64,000 nt of DNA, taken from an uncultured Actinomycetota bacterium (GTDB lineage: Bacteria > Actinomycetota > Actinomycetes > Mycobacteriales > Micromonosporaceae). Below the pieces are notes generated by a model that saw only the letters and a list, made by a program, of their open reading frames with translations, was not told where the DNA came from and did not search any database. The first letter of the stretch is position 1. Each line of letters starts with the position of its first letter. Made by a program: the position numbers and the translations under genes. Positions 20,439 to 30,489 of this stretch are shown piece by piece. The DNA lies in assembly GCA_963809545.1 (NCBI GenBank), contig CAWEKD010000004.1, positions 120,971-184,970 on the forward strand. Direction: 5' to 3'.

Positions 20439-21008
20439 ATGACCTCCAGTGACCAGCCACGGCACTACCCCTCGCCCGAGGACGAGGGCATTCCGGACTA
20501 CGCCGATGACACCTCGACCGCGTTCGACGAAGCCGACCGGCCGCGGTTCAACGACTCACCCCAGGTGTTCCCGGCTGACCGGCCGCAGGCGCTGGACGAG
20601 TTCGGGCTGACCGCGGAGGAGCAGCGGCGAGGTGAACCATTGGCGCGGCGGCTGGCTCGGGAGGAGCCGGACGTGGGGGACGAATGGTCACCTGGAGGTG
20701 GGCACCTCACCGATGAGGCGGACCCGGCCTCGTCGGAGGAGGAGATGGCGCAGGACTCGGAGGTGCTCGGTACCGAGCCGGAACCATCCCCCGACCCGGC
20801 TGCGCGCCGGCTCGGCGCCGGCTACGACGACGACTCCCTCCCCGAGTACGGGGAGGTGGGGCGGCTCCTGGAGCCGGACGAGGGGGCGGGCCCCGACGAG
20901 GAGAAGGACGTGCTGGCGCAGGACGAGGGTGAGGCCGGCGGCGGCCTGTCCGCGGAGGAGGCGGCGCTGCATGAGCTGCCGGACGACGAGGTGCCGTACG
21001 AGCGGTAA
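20439..21008 (+). CDS. Highly acidic hypothetical protein (DUF5709-like)
   Basis: ORF trimmed to ATG at 20439. 189 aa, D/E-rich (EDEGIPDYADD...), divergent from the holin-like gene. Family name from memory only. Confidence 0.5.
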   Translation: MTSSDQPRHYPSPEDEGIPDYADDTSTAFDEADRPRFNDSPQVFPADRPQALDEFGLTAEEQRRGEPLARRLAREEPDVGDEWSPGGGHLTDEADPASSEEEMAQDSEVLGTEPEPSPDPAARRLGAGYDDDSLPEYGEVGRLLEPDEGAGPDEEKDVLAQDEGEAGGGLSAEEAALHELPDDEVPYER

Positions 21009-21029
21009 CACCTCACCGGTCCGTGGGCG

Positions 21030-21545
21030 TCACTGACCGGGCCAGGCCTTGGCCAGCAGTTCCCGGGTGTCGGCCAGCAGCTGGGGCAGCACCTTGGTGC
21101 GCCCGATCACCGGCATGAAGTTGGTGTCACCACCCCACCGGGGCACCACGTGCTGGTGGAGGTGGGCGGCGATGCCGGCACCGGCTACCGAACCCTGGTT
21201 CATGCCCAGATTGAAGCCGTGGGCCCGGCTGACTTGTCGGATCACCCGCATGGCGATCTGGGTGAATTCGGCCAACTCCAGGGTCTCGGTGCGGTCCAGC
21301 TCCGGATAGTCGGCCACGTGCCGATACGGGCAGATCAGCAGGTGCCCCGGGTTGTACGGGTAGCGGTTGAGCACCGCGTACACCGTCTCCCCGGTGGCCA
21401 CCACCAGGTTGTCTTCTCCCTCGGCGTGCGGCGCCCGGCAGAACGGGCAGCCGGTGGGGTCCTCGTACCCCTGTGCCGGCCGATCCTCGCCGGCGATGTA
21501 GCTCATGCGGTGCGGCGTCCACAGCCGCTCCAGCTGCTCGGGCAC
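21030..21545 (-). CDS. HIT family protein (Ap4A phosphorylase-like, Rv2613c-type)
   Basis: 171 aa, histidine triad AHLHQHVVPRW and CPFC zinc-type motif. Conserved neighbour of pgsA/thrS in actinobacteria. Confidence 0.88.
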   Translation of the reverse strand: MPEQLERLWTPHRMSYIAGEDRPAQGYEDPTGCPFCRAPHAEGEDNLVVATGETVYAVLNRYPYNPGHLLICPYRHVADYPELDRTETLELAEFTQIAMRVIRQVSRAHGFNLGMNQGSVAGAGIAAHLHQHVVPRWGGDTNFMPVIGRTKVLPQLLADTRELLAKAWPGQ

Positions 21546-21588
21546 GCGTAACCTCCCTGCGGGTGACCTCAGGCGATGCTACCGGTCC

Positions 21589-24333
21589 TCATCCGGCGGA
21601 GCGTTCGTCACCGGTACGGGGGCGGGGCAGCCGCACCACCGTGGCGCTCGCCGAGGGACCGGGCAGTGGGTCGGCCAAGGCTCCCGGCCGACCGGACACC
21701 CCCTGGGTGAGACTAGCGAGCAGTCGATCCGCGGGGCCGGGGCGGGCGAACAGGTGCCCCTGCCCGGCGGCGCAGCCCAACTCCCACAGCAGCTGCCGCT
21801 GTTCCGGCGACTCCACCCCTTCCGCGACCACGGTGAGGTCGAGGGTACGCCCCAGCTGGACGGTGGAGCGCACCACCGCCTGGGCCTGCCCGACCTCGGG
21901 GTCCGCCTCCGTGGAGGCGGGTTCCGCACCGTGCCGCAGCGCCTGGACGAAGCTGCGGTCGATCTTGAGTTGATGCACCGGGATCCGCGACAGCACCGCG
22001 AGGGAGGAAAACCCGGTGCCGAAGTCGTCCAGGGCCAGCCGCACCCCGAGGTCGTGCAGCTGGGTGAGGACCTGGTCGACGGTGTCGAGCTGGCTGATCG
22101 CCAAGGTCTCCGTCAACTCCAGACACAGGCGGTCCGGTGGGGTGTGGTGGGCGTCGAGCGCGGCCAACACCTGCCGGGGCAGACTGACATCCAGCAGGCT
22201 CCGGGCGGAGATGTTCACCGCCACCCGCAGATCGTGACCGGCGGCCCGCCACATCGCCGCCGCCGCCAACGCCTCGTCCAGCACCGCCTGGGTGAACGCG
22301 GTCAGTTGCGCCGATCGCTCCAGCAGGTCGAGAAAGTAGCGTGGATCGAGTTGTCCGCGGGTGGGGTGCCGCCACCGGGCCAGCGCCTCCGCCGCGATCA
22401 CCTGTCCACTGCCGAGGTCCACGATGGGCTGGAAGTGCAGGGTGAACTCCCGTTGGGAGATGGCCCGAGGCAGCTGCCCCGCCAGGGCCAGCCGGTCCCG
22501 GTCGGCCGGGTCGTGGGCAGCGGTGTACCGCACCAGTGGCTGCCCGGTGCGTTTGGCGCGATACATCGCCACGTCGGCCCGGCGAAGCAGTTCGACCATC
22601 CAGCGACGCGGATCCCCTTGCCAGGGCAGCGTCATCGCCGCCCTGCTCGTTGTCGCCGATCCCGCTCCGGTCGACGTGACCGCGGTCTTCTCCGGAGCGG
22701 CGGTGGGGGTTTCCGCTGTGGTCGGCGCGGAAGTGTCAGCGGTCAAGGTCGACGCTTCCCCCGCGGGGTCCACTCCGGTGGGCAGCCCGTCCTGGGGATC
22801 GATCGCCAGGGCCAGCCCACCACTGGCCTCCACCATGATCGGTAATCCGTCTACGGTGACCGGTTCCGCCAACGCCCGCAGCACGCGACGGGCGCGCGCC
22901 TCCACTCGGGCTGGTCGCCAGGCGCTGCGCAGCAGGATCGCGAACTCGTCCCCGCCGAACCGGCTGACCAGGTCGGTGGGGCCGGCCGCCGCCCGCAGCC
23001 GCTCCGCCACCTGGACCAGCACCCGATCCCCGGCCAGGTGTCCCAGCGCGTCGTTGACTTCCTTGAAGTGCCGCAAGTCGATCAGCATCACCGCGATCCG
23101 CGCCTCCAGCGCGGCGGGGTCGACCAGGGCGGTGGTCAGCTGGCGTTCCAGCTCACGGCGGTTGGCCAGGCCGGTCAGGGCATCATGGGCGGCGGCGTGG
23201 GCGTGCGCCTCGGTGGCCTCACCCAGCTGCTGGTACGCGATCGCGTTGCGGACCGCGGTGTCCAGCGCCGCCGCGTAGCTGGCCAGCATCGCCTCTTCCC
23301 GTTCGGTGACCTTGACCTGCTGCCGGAACCGCAGCCGCAGCACCCCGATGTCCCGACGGCCCGGGTAGCCGTGCAGCGCCACCACGTACACGTTGGTGGT
23401 CTCCGGCGGGGCGTGGGCCGGGTCGCCGTCGTAGACGATCCGGTCCGCGCCCCGTACCAGCCGTCGGGTATCGCCCCACCACACCTCGACCTCGAGCTGG
23501 TCGGCGGAGAACAGCCGGGCGCCTCGGATCACCGCCTCATGCAGCACCACCGTCAGGTCGACTCCGGTGAACGCCTCGGTCGCCGCCGCCAGGTGCTGCC
23601 ACGCCTGCCGCTCTTCCCGGGCCCGGACCCAACGCTCGTGCCACAGGTGCGCCAGCAGCACCGCCAGCGGGATGGCGTAGATGAACTCCGGCTGCAGCTG
23701 CAGCGCGATCACGGTCAGGGCGGCCACCATGAATCGGGCCGAGTTGGTGGCCAGCCGGACGTCCCAGTTCATCCGGAACCGCTCCCGCACCGGGGTGCGG
23801 GAGGAGAGCGCGATCACCGGCACGGTCAGCAGCGGGTCCGCCAGGGTCATCACCAGGAAGGCCAACCCAAGGATGGGTAGGGGCAGCGGATCGGCCATGG
23901 ATCCGCTCTGTCCGAACAGGGACACCACCAGCCCGCCCAGGGCGGCGGTGATCGACTCCTTGCCGACGGCGAAGGCGAACTTCATCGCCGGGGAGCGCCG
24001 CATCGCCCGCGACAGGATGGTCCCGAGCGCGGTCACCGCCACCACCCACGGCCAGGGCATCACGGCTAACCCGACCAGGATCACCGCGTCCGACCAGGCA
24101 ATGCCGTGGACGGTGGAGCGGATCCGTACCTCGACGGTCAATCGGTCCGCGGCGGCGATCAACGCGATCAGTACCGCGAGTACGGTCCAGGAGGGTCGCG
24201 GCCCCTCGGTCAGGCCGGTCACCACCGTCGGGCCGGACAGCAGCACCGCGGTGGCTCCCAGCGACACGACTAGGCCGACCAGCAGTCGTAACTGCTGCTC
24301 GGCCTGGTCGTGATCTCGGCTCATGGCCCGCAC
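21589..24333 (-). CDS. Membrane-bound diguanylate cyclase/phosphodiesterase (GGDEF + EAL)
   Basis: 914 aa. About 6 N-terminal TM helices, RFGGDEF, EALARW, DDFGTGFSSL, QLKIDRSF. GTG at 24333 or ATG at 24324. Confidence 0.9.
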   Translation of the reverse strand: MRAMSRDHDQAEQQLRLLVGLVVSLGATAVLLSGPTVVTGLTEGPRPSWTVLAVLIALIAAADRLTVEVRIRSTVHGIAWSDAVILVGLAVMPWPWVVAVTALGTILSRAMRRSPAMKFAFAVGKESITAALGGLVVSLFGQSGSMADPLPLPILGLAFLVMTLADPLLTVPVIALSSRTPVRERFRMNWDVRLATNSARFMVAALTVIALQLQPEFIYAIPLAVLLAHLWHERWVRAREERQAWQHLAAATEAFTGVDLTVVLHEAVIRGARLFSADQLEVEVWWGDTRRLVRGADRIVYDGDPAHAPPETTNVYVVALHGYPGRRDIGVLRLRFRQQVKVTEREEAMLASYAAALDTAVRNAIAYQQLGEATEAHAHAAAHDALTGLANRRELERQLTTALVDPAALEARIAVMLIDLRHFKEVNDALGHLAGDRVLVQVAERLRAAAGPTDLVSRFGGDEFAILLRSAWRPARVEARARRVLRALAEPVTVDGLPIMVEASGGLALAIDPQDGLPTGVDPAGEASTLTADTSAPTTAETPTAAPEKTAVTSTGAGSATTSRAAMTLPWQGDPRRWMVELLRRADVAMYRAKRTGQPLVRYTAAHDPADRDRLALAGQLPRAISQREFTLHFQPIVDLGSGQVIAAEALARWRHPTRGQLDPRYFLDLLERSAQLTAFTQAVLDEALAAAAMWRAAGHDLRVAVNISARSLLDVSLPRQVLAALDAHHTPPDRLCLELTETLAISQLDTVDQVLTQLHDLGVRLALDDFGTGFSSLAVLSRIPVHQLKIDRSFVQALRHGAEPASTEADPEVGQAQAVVRSTVQLGRTLDLTVVAEGVESPEQRQLLWELGCAAGQGHLFARPGPADRLLASLTQGVSGRPGALADPLPGPSASATVVRLPRPRTGDERSAG

Positions 24334-24845
24334 CGTCCCTATTAGGCATCAATTCTCCGCCCCAGCCTACGATGCGGCCCTGGTTTTGGGTGCTCGGTCA
24401 GTTCCACTGGTCGCTACGCATGTCCCTGCTCCTGTGTGCTCGCTTTCCCGGTGTGTTACGTCTACGCCGTCGACCTCGGGGGTCGTGGCTGACATTCACG
24501 CTAGGCGGGATCGGGCCGGGAGCCGAGGAAAAGCGGGTCAATCACCGGACTCTGGTAATAACGACCTTTTGCGCACTCTGTCCGTATTCGGAGTATTCAC
24601 AGATAGTGACGAATAGCTAGGAGTCACCACTCCATAGAATGGCGCAGCTGGCTCTACCCGTCGAGCAGACGTCCGCGATACTTCGCTCCACCTCGGGCAG
24701 TGTCGTGATCCCCGCAGCCCCCACGCGTTACCAACGCAGCCAGTAGCAACTCGATGACTCTGCGACGAGAGTACGGGGCAGCCCGCAAGAACGCGAGTTT
24801 TCTTGCGAATCTGCCTCTCGCCAGGCCGGAGCGGCGCCTACCGCC

Positions 24846-25063
24846 CTACCCTCCGTGCGCACACTGCCCGAACGCGCCGGCGGTGGTCGTGTGTGGCGGT
24901 CCGTGGTAGGTCGGCGGAGGCTGGTTGTCCACACCCACCAGCGCACCGATCACGATATTCCCGGCGACCGTGGGCGCGGAGGAGGCGGTGTTGCGGGTCA
25001 GGTACACCGACCCGGTCACCTGGTCACCGAACCACCCCACCGGCCGGTCCGGGTATCGGTCAT
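24846..25063 (-). CDS. Small hypothetical protein (about 72 aa if a 1-nt indel is repaired)
   Basis: ATG at 25063 preceded by GGGAGGAG 7 nt upstream. That frame stops after 15 codons. The listed ORF 24846..25040 continues one frame over (VGWFGDQVTGSVYLTRNTASSAPTVAGNIVIGALVGV...) with high third-position G/C. Confidence 0.35.
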
Positions 25064-25100
25064 GTCGCTTCTCCTCCCACCGGCAGGCGTGGGCGGGACC

Positions 25101-25283
25101 TCAGGCAGGCAGCCAGCCGTCCTCGGCTAACAGCCCGGTCTCGTCCCCACCGGACAGCTCCGCCGATGGCTCCGCCTCGTCCAAGGCCTCGGCGGGCACC
25201 GCGGCCGAAACGGTCGGCGGCGGAGTCAGAGAGGTCTCCGGCGCGGCGGCACGCTCCCGGCCGGATGGATCTGTGTCAGCCAC
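25101..25283 (-). CDS. Small acidic hypothetical protein (60 aa)
   Basis: GTG start right after an in-frame TAG. D/E/P/A-rich, ends GLLAEDGWLPA. Fairly high GC3, no obvious SD. Confidence 0.3.
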   Translation of the reverse strand: MADTDPSGRERAAAPETSLTPPPTVSAAVPAEALDEAEPSAELSGGDETGLLAEDGWLPA

Positions 25284-25357
25284 GCTCTACAGCATCATCA
25301 GCGCCGCCGGCCGCGACCATGCCAAGGAATGATCAATTTTCAAGGAGTCGGCGACGG

Positions 25358-28230
25358 TCACTGTTCCGCCAGTCGATTGGCGATGGCCGCTCGGGAACGT
25401 ACGTCCAACTTCCGCATGGCGGAGGTGATGTGCCGGGCCACGGTGTGCACCGACAGGTACAGCTCCGCGGCGATCTCCTTGTTGGACCGGCCGATCGCGG
25501 CCAGCTCGGCCACCTGCCGTTCCCGTGGGGACAGCTGGTTACCGTAGCTCCGCCGCCCTCCCCGGTGCCGGGCCGGCACCGGCAAGCCATGCTTCCGGGC
25601 CAACCGGCTGACCCGGGCGGCATCCCAGTTGGCCCCCAGCCGTCGGTAGTCGGCCAGCGCCGCCAACAGGGTGGGGCCGGCGCGGTCATCGGCGGTGCCG
25701 AACAGCGATCGCGCGGCCTCCTCCTGCGCCTGTGCCGCTTCGTACGGGCATTCCCGGGCCCGGTACTCCCGCGCCGCCTGCCGGAACCGGTCGGCCGCGG
25801 CCGGCTCGTCACCGTCGAAGCGGGCGAGCAACCCGCTGGCCTGCGCCAGGGCGGCGGTGCCCAGCGGCACATCCAGTTCGGCTAGTTCGGTGGTGGCGTG
25901 CCGCACCAGGTGCCGGGCCCGCTCGGGCTGATCCGCGGCGAGCAGCGTCTCCACCATCGCCGGCAGCGCCCGTACCGCGGTGGCCCATACCCGCTTGTCC
26001 GCCACTATCGTCAACAGCCGCTCGACCGTCGCCAGCGCGACGGGCACCTCGTCTCGCGCCAGCGCCAGCCGCAGCCGGGCCGCCGCCGGTAGCGGGAGCA
26101 GATCGAACCCGCCCAGCGCCTCGATCTGAGTCAGCAGCTCCGACAGCTGCTGCTCCGCCTGGTCCAGTTCCCCCCGGGCCAGCGCCAGGCAGCCGCCCGC
26201 CACCCGTGCATCGGCGCTGGCCCGAGGGTGCCCGGCCAACTCGTCGAGAAGCGCCTCGATCTCGTCGGCCAGCCCGTCCCACTCCCCTCGGCAGAACCGC
26301 AGCAGCGACATGCCGGAGCGGATACTCAGCTGCAACCGGGGGCTCTCCCCCACCGTGGAGCCGGCCAGCGCCCGGGCGAGCAACCGCTGCGCGGTCTGGT
26401 AGTGCCCGGCGTAGCACGCCTCGGTCCCCACCGACCAGTACGCGTTGACCTCCGACCGGTGCCGGGGAGTGTCACCGGCGCTCCGCTCGATGCCCTCAAT
26501 CAGTTCCCGCCACCCCGGGTCACCGATCGAGGCGAGCACCATCGCCGCCTTACCCCGCACAAACGCCTGGAAGGTGGGGTCGGGCACGCGGGGCAGCAGT
26601 TCCAGCGCCCGCTGCAGCCACCGGCGGTGTTCCGCCAGCTCCACTCCGGCCTCGGTGGGGATCCCCAGCACCATCGCCGCCCAGGCCTGCAAATCCGGGC
26701 GTTCGTCCAGTTCGGCCACGGCATCGGTGAACACCTGCCGCTCCCGGGCCGGGTCGTCCCCCAGCTCGTGCAGGAGCAACGCCAACCGGAACCGCAGCTC
26801 GCCTCGGATGGCGGGGACAGCTCCCGCTGCAGGATGTCCGCCAGCAGGTCCGCCGTCTCCCGAGTGGCCAGGGCCTCGATCGCCGCCTGCCCCAGCTTGA
26901 TCGCCAACTGGCCGGCCCGGTCCGGCGACAGGGGCGCGTGGCGCAGCACCTGCTCCAACAGCCGGACCGCCTCGGCGTCATGCCCGAGCGCCAACGCTTG
27001 CTCCGCGGCGCGCTCCGCCGCCACCACCCACTCCTCGGTCTGCCCCGCATGCTGAAGGTGGTGGGCGATCTGCCCGAGCCGGGTCGGGGCCGCCTCCGCC
27101 AACACCTGGGCGGCCTGGGCGTGCAGCGTACGCCGACGAGGACCGGGGATCTCCTCGTATACCGCCTGCGCGGCCAGGACGTGCCGGAAGCCGACCTTGT
27201 CGCCGTCCTCAACCAGCAGCCCGGACTCCAGCGCCTCCTCCAGCCCCAGCAGCACTGACTCGCTGATCGGGCGGCTGGTCGCCTCCAACACCGCCAGCGG
27301 CACCGCCACGTGCAGCACCGCCGCGGCCTCCACCACCGCCCGGGCCGCCGCGGACAGTCGGCTGACCCGCTCCGCCACCGATTCCCGGATGCTGGTGGGC
27401 ACGTCCAGTTCGGCCAGCGCCCGCCGCGCCCAGCCGCCACCTCGGCGCACCAGCGTGCCCCGGGTCCGCAGCAACGCCAGCAGCTCCTCGATCGCGAACG
27501 GGGAACCGGAGGCGCGCTCACACAGGTAGGCGGCGAACTCGTCGGACACCCGGTCCACGCCCAGGATGGCCGCGGCCAGCACCCCGGTCTGGGCGGCATC
27601 CAGCGGTGCCAAGGTCAGATCGGTGCGGGTCATGGACTGGTGCCGCTTGACGGTCAACGCCCGGACGGCCGGATCCACGTCCTCACCTCGGAAGGTGAGG
27701 ACCACCGACAGCCCGGCCGGGGCTTCCGACAGCAGGTATCCCACGAAATCAGCGGTCTGCTCGTCGGCCCAGTGCAGGTCCTCCAACACCACAATCGCCG
27801 GAGCAAGTGCACTCAGCACTTCCACCAGGCCCCGGAACACCCGATGCCGCTCCACCCCCTGGTCGGCCAGGGAGTCCGGCGGTGGGGGCAGCTGATCGGC
27901 CAGTTCGGGCAGTAACGGCCGCAGCGCCCCCGCCACCGGTGACAGGCTCACCCGGGTGAGCTGTTCGCCCTGGTCACGCAGCGCCTCGATCACCGGACCA
28001 AGTGGAAACGACTCCCGGATGCCGTGGCACCGCCCCACCAACAGCCGCCGATCGCGGATCTCCGGCCGCGCCGCCAGCTCGGTGACCAGCCGGGTCTTGC
28101 CGATCCCGGCCTCTCCTTCGATTACCACCACCGCCGGTGGGGCGAGCACCGCCGCCACCAGCCGCTCCAGCTCGGCCGCCCGCCCCACCTGCGCGGGGGA
28201 AACCACCCGCCCGGCTTCGTTGTCCGCCAT
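25358..28230 (-). pseudogene. Large ATP-binding LuxR-family (LAL) transcriptional regulator, apparent 1-nt frameshift
   Basis: ORF 26500..28230 gives the AAA/NACHT-like N-terminus (VVVIEGEAGIGKTRLV, VVLEDLHWADEQT). ORF 25358..26785 gives TPR-like repeats and the C-terminal LuxR HTH (LSPRERQVAELAAIGRSNKEIAAELYLSVHTVARHI). The two join near 26806..26815. Confidence 0.8.
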
Positions 28231-28338
28231 ATCGCCTCTGGCCCGTCAGCTGACCGCGCCCCCTCCACCCCAGGATCGCGGGGCGCCATCGGCAGCCTAC
28301 CTGAGACGTCTGTACGAGGCGGTCGGCCGAGCGGCCGG

Positions 28339-30351
28339 TTATTGCGCGGACGGGCCGACGTTGGTCCGGGAGCGGACCACCTCGCACACGTGCGCCACCG
28401 CCTCGTCCAGCGGTACGCCGTTGCGCTGCGACCCGTCCCGGTACCGGAACGAGACCGTCCCGGCGGCCACGTCGTTGTCCCCGGCGATCACCATGAACGG
28501 CACCTTCTGCTGCTGCGCGTTGCGGATCTTCTTCTGCATCCGCTCCGCGGAGGTATCCACCTCCGCCCGAATCCGCTCCGCCCGCAGTCGGGACACGAAC
28601 TCCGCCAGGTAGTCGATGTGGTCGTCCCGCACCGGGATGCCCACCACCTGCACCGGCGCCAGCCAGGCCGGGAAGGCGCCCGCATAGTGCTCAGTGAGGA
28701 CGCCGAAGAACCGCTCGATCGACCCGAACAAGGCCCGGTGGATCATCACCGGCCGCTGCCGGCTGCCGTCCGCGGCCTGGTATTCCAGCTCGAACAACCG
28801 CGGCAACTGGAAGTCCACCTGGATAGTGGACATCTGCCAGGTCCGGCCGATCGCATCCCGCGCCTGCACCGAGATCTTCGGGCCGTAGAAGGCCGCCCCA
28901 CCCGGATCCGGCACCAGCTCCAGGCCGGACTCCTGGGCCACCGTCCGCAGGGTCTCCGTGGCCTCTTCCCACTCCTCAGGCGCTCCGACGAACTTGTCCT
29001 TCGAGTCGTCCCGGGTGGACAGCTCCAGGTAGAAGTCTTCCAACCCGTAGTCGCGCAGCAGATCCAGCACGAAGGTCAGCAGGTTGCGCAGCTCGTCGGC
29101 CATCTGCTCCTTGGTGCAGTAGATGTGCGCGTCATCCTGGGTCAGTCCCCGCACCCGGGTCAGCCCGTGCACCACCCCCGACTTCTCGTACCGGTAGACG
29201 GTGCCGAACTCGAACAGCCGCAGCGGCAGCTCCCGATAGGAGCGCCCCCGCGACCGGAAGATCAGGTTGTGCATGGGGCAGTTCATCGGCTTGAGGTAGT
29301 ACTCCGCCCCTTCCAACTGCATCGGCGGGTACATGTTGTCCTTGAACCAGCCCAGGTGCCCCGAGATCTCGAACAGGGTGCCCTTGGTGATGTGCGGGGT
29401 GTTGACGAATTCGTACCCCGCCTGCTCGTGCCGCTCGCGGGAGTAGTTCTCCAGCTCCCGCCGGATGATCCCGCCCTTGGGGTGGAACACCGCCAGCCCC
29501 GACCCGATCTCCTCCGGGAAGGAGAACAGATCCAGCTCCAGCCCCAGCTTGCGGTGGTCGCGCCGGGCCGCCTCCTCCCGCATCCGCAGATACGCCTTCA
29601 GCTGGTCCCGGGTCGGCCAGGCGGTGCCGTACACCCGCTGCAGCTGCGGGTTGGCCTCACTCCCACGCCAGTACGCGGCGGCGGTGCGCATCAGCTTGAC
29701 CGCCCGCGGGTCGATCAGGTCGGTGGACGGCAGGTGCGGCCCCCGGCACAGGTCCGACCAGCGCACCTCGCCGGTCTCCCGGTCCAGGTTGTCGTAGATG
29801 GTCAGCTCGTCGCCGCCGAGCTCCATCACTTCGGTGTCGTCCAGCCCGTCCCCGCTGGCGCCGAGCAGGTCCAGCTTGTACGGCTCGTGGGCCAGCTCGG
29901 CCCGGGCCTGCTCCACGCTGTCGAACCGACGCCGGCGGAACCGCTGCCCCGACTTGATGATCTCGGTCATCCGCTGCTCTAGCTTGGATAGATCCTCCGG
30001 GTGCAGCGGCGGGACGTCGAAGTCGTAGTAGAACCCGTCGTGGATGGGCGGACCGATCCCCAGCTTCGCCTCCGGGAACAGGTCCTGCATGGCCTGGGCG
30101 AGCACGTGGGCGGTGGAGTGGCGCAGCACGTTGAGGCCGTCCGGGGAATCCATCGGCACCGGCTCGACCGTGGTCTCCACCTCCGGCGCCCAGGACAGAT
30201 CCCGCAGCTGGCCGTTCGGGTCCCGGACCACCACCACCGCCTTCGGCCCCCGCAACGGCAGGCCGGCCGCGGCCACCGCGTCCGCGCACGTCGTCCCGGC
30301 CGGGACGACGACGGGGTCGGCCACGGCGGAAACGGGACGGGATGCGGACAC
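28339..30351 (-). CDS. thrS: Threonine--tRNA ligase
   Basis: 670 aa. TGS-like N-terminus, [10 protein letters not shown] editing motif, class II motifs ([25 protein letters not shown]). Confidence 0.95.
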   Translation of the reverse strand: MSASRPVSAVADPVVVPAGTTCADAVAAAGLPLRGPKAVVVVRDPNGQLRDLSWAPEVETTVEPVPMDSPDGLNVLRHSTAHVLAQAMQDLFPEAKLGIGPPIHDGFYYDFDVPPLHPEDLSKLEQRMTEIIKSGQRFRRRRFDSVEQARAELAHEPYKLDLLGASGDGLDDTEVMELGGDELTIYDNLDRETGEVRWSDLCRGPHLPSTDLIDPRAVKLMRTAAAYWRGSEANPQLQRVYGTAWPTRDQLKAYLRMREEAARRDHRKLGLELDLFSFPEEIGSGLAVFHPKGGIIRRELENYSRERHEQAGYEFVNTPHITKGTLFEISGHLGWFKDNMYPPMQLEGAEYYLKPMNCPMHNLIFRSRGRSYRELPLRLFEFGTVYRYEKSGVVHGLTRVRGLTQDDAHIYCTKEQMADELRNLLTFVLDLLRDYGLEDFYLELSTRDDSKDKFVGAPEEWEEATETLRTVAQESGLELVPDPGGAAFYGPKISVQARDAIGRTWQMSTIQVDFQLPRLFELEYQAADGSRQRPVMIHRALFGSIERFFGVLTEHYAGAFPAWLAPVQVVGIPVRDDHIDYLAEFVSRLRAERIRAEVDTSAERMQKKIRNAQQQKVPFMVIAGDNDVAAGTVSFRYRDGSQRNGVPLDEAVAHVCEVVRSRTNVGPSAQ

Positions 30352-30489
30352 GATGACTCCTTCGGGTCGTGCTTGTGCGGTCGTACGTGCGAAGTCGGTC
30401 AGCCGGCCCCGTCGCCGCCTCCGGGCAGACGACGGACCGTCGGATCCGCCACGATGCTATCGACTGCGGCAATCCGGTTTGGGATCGGC

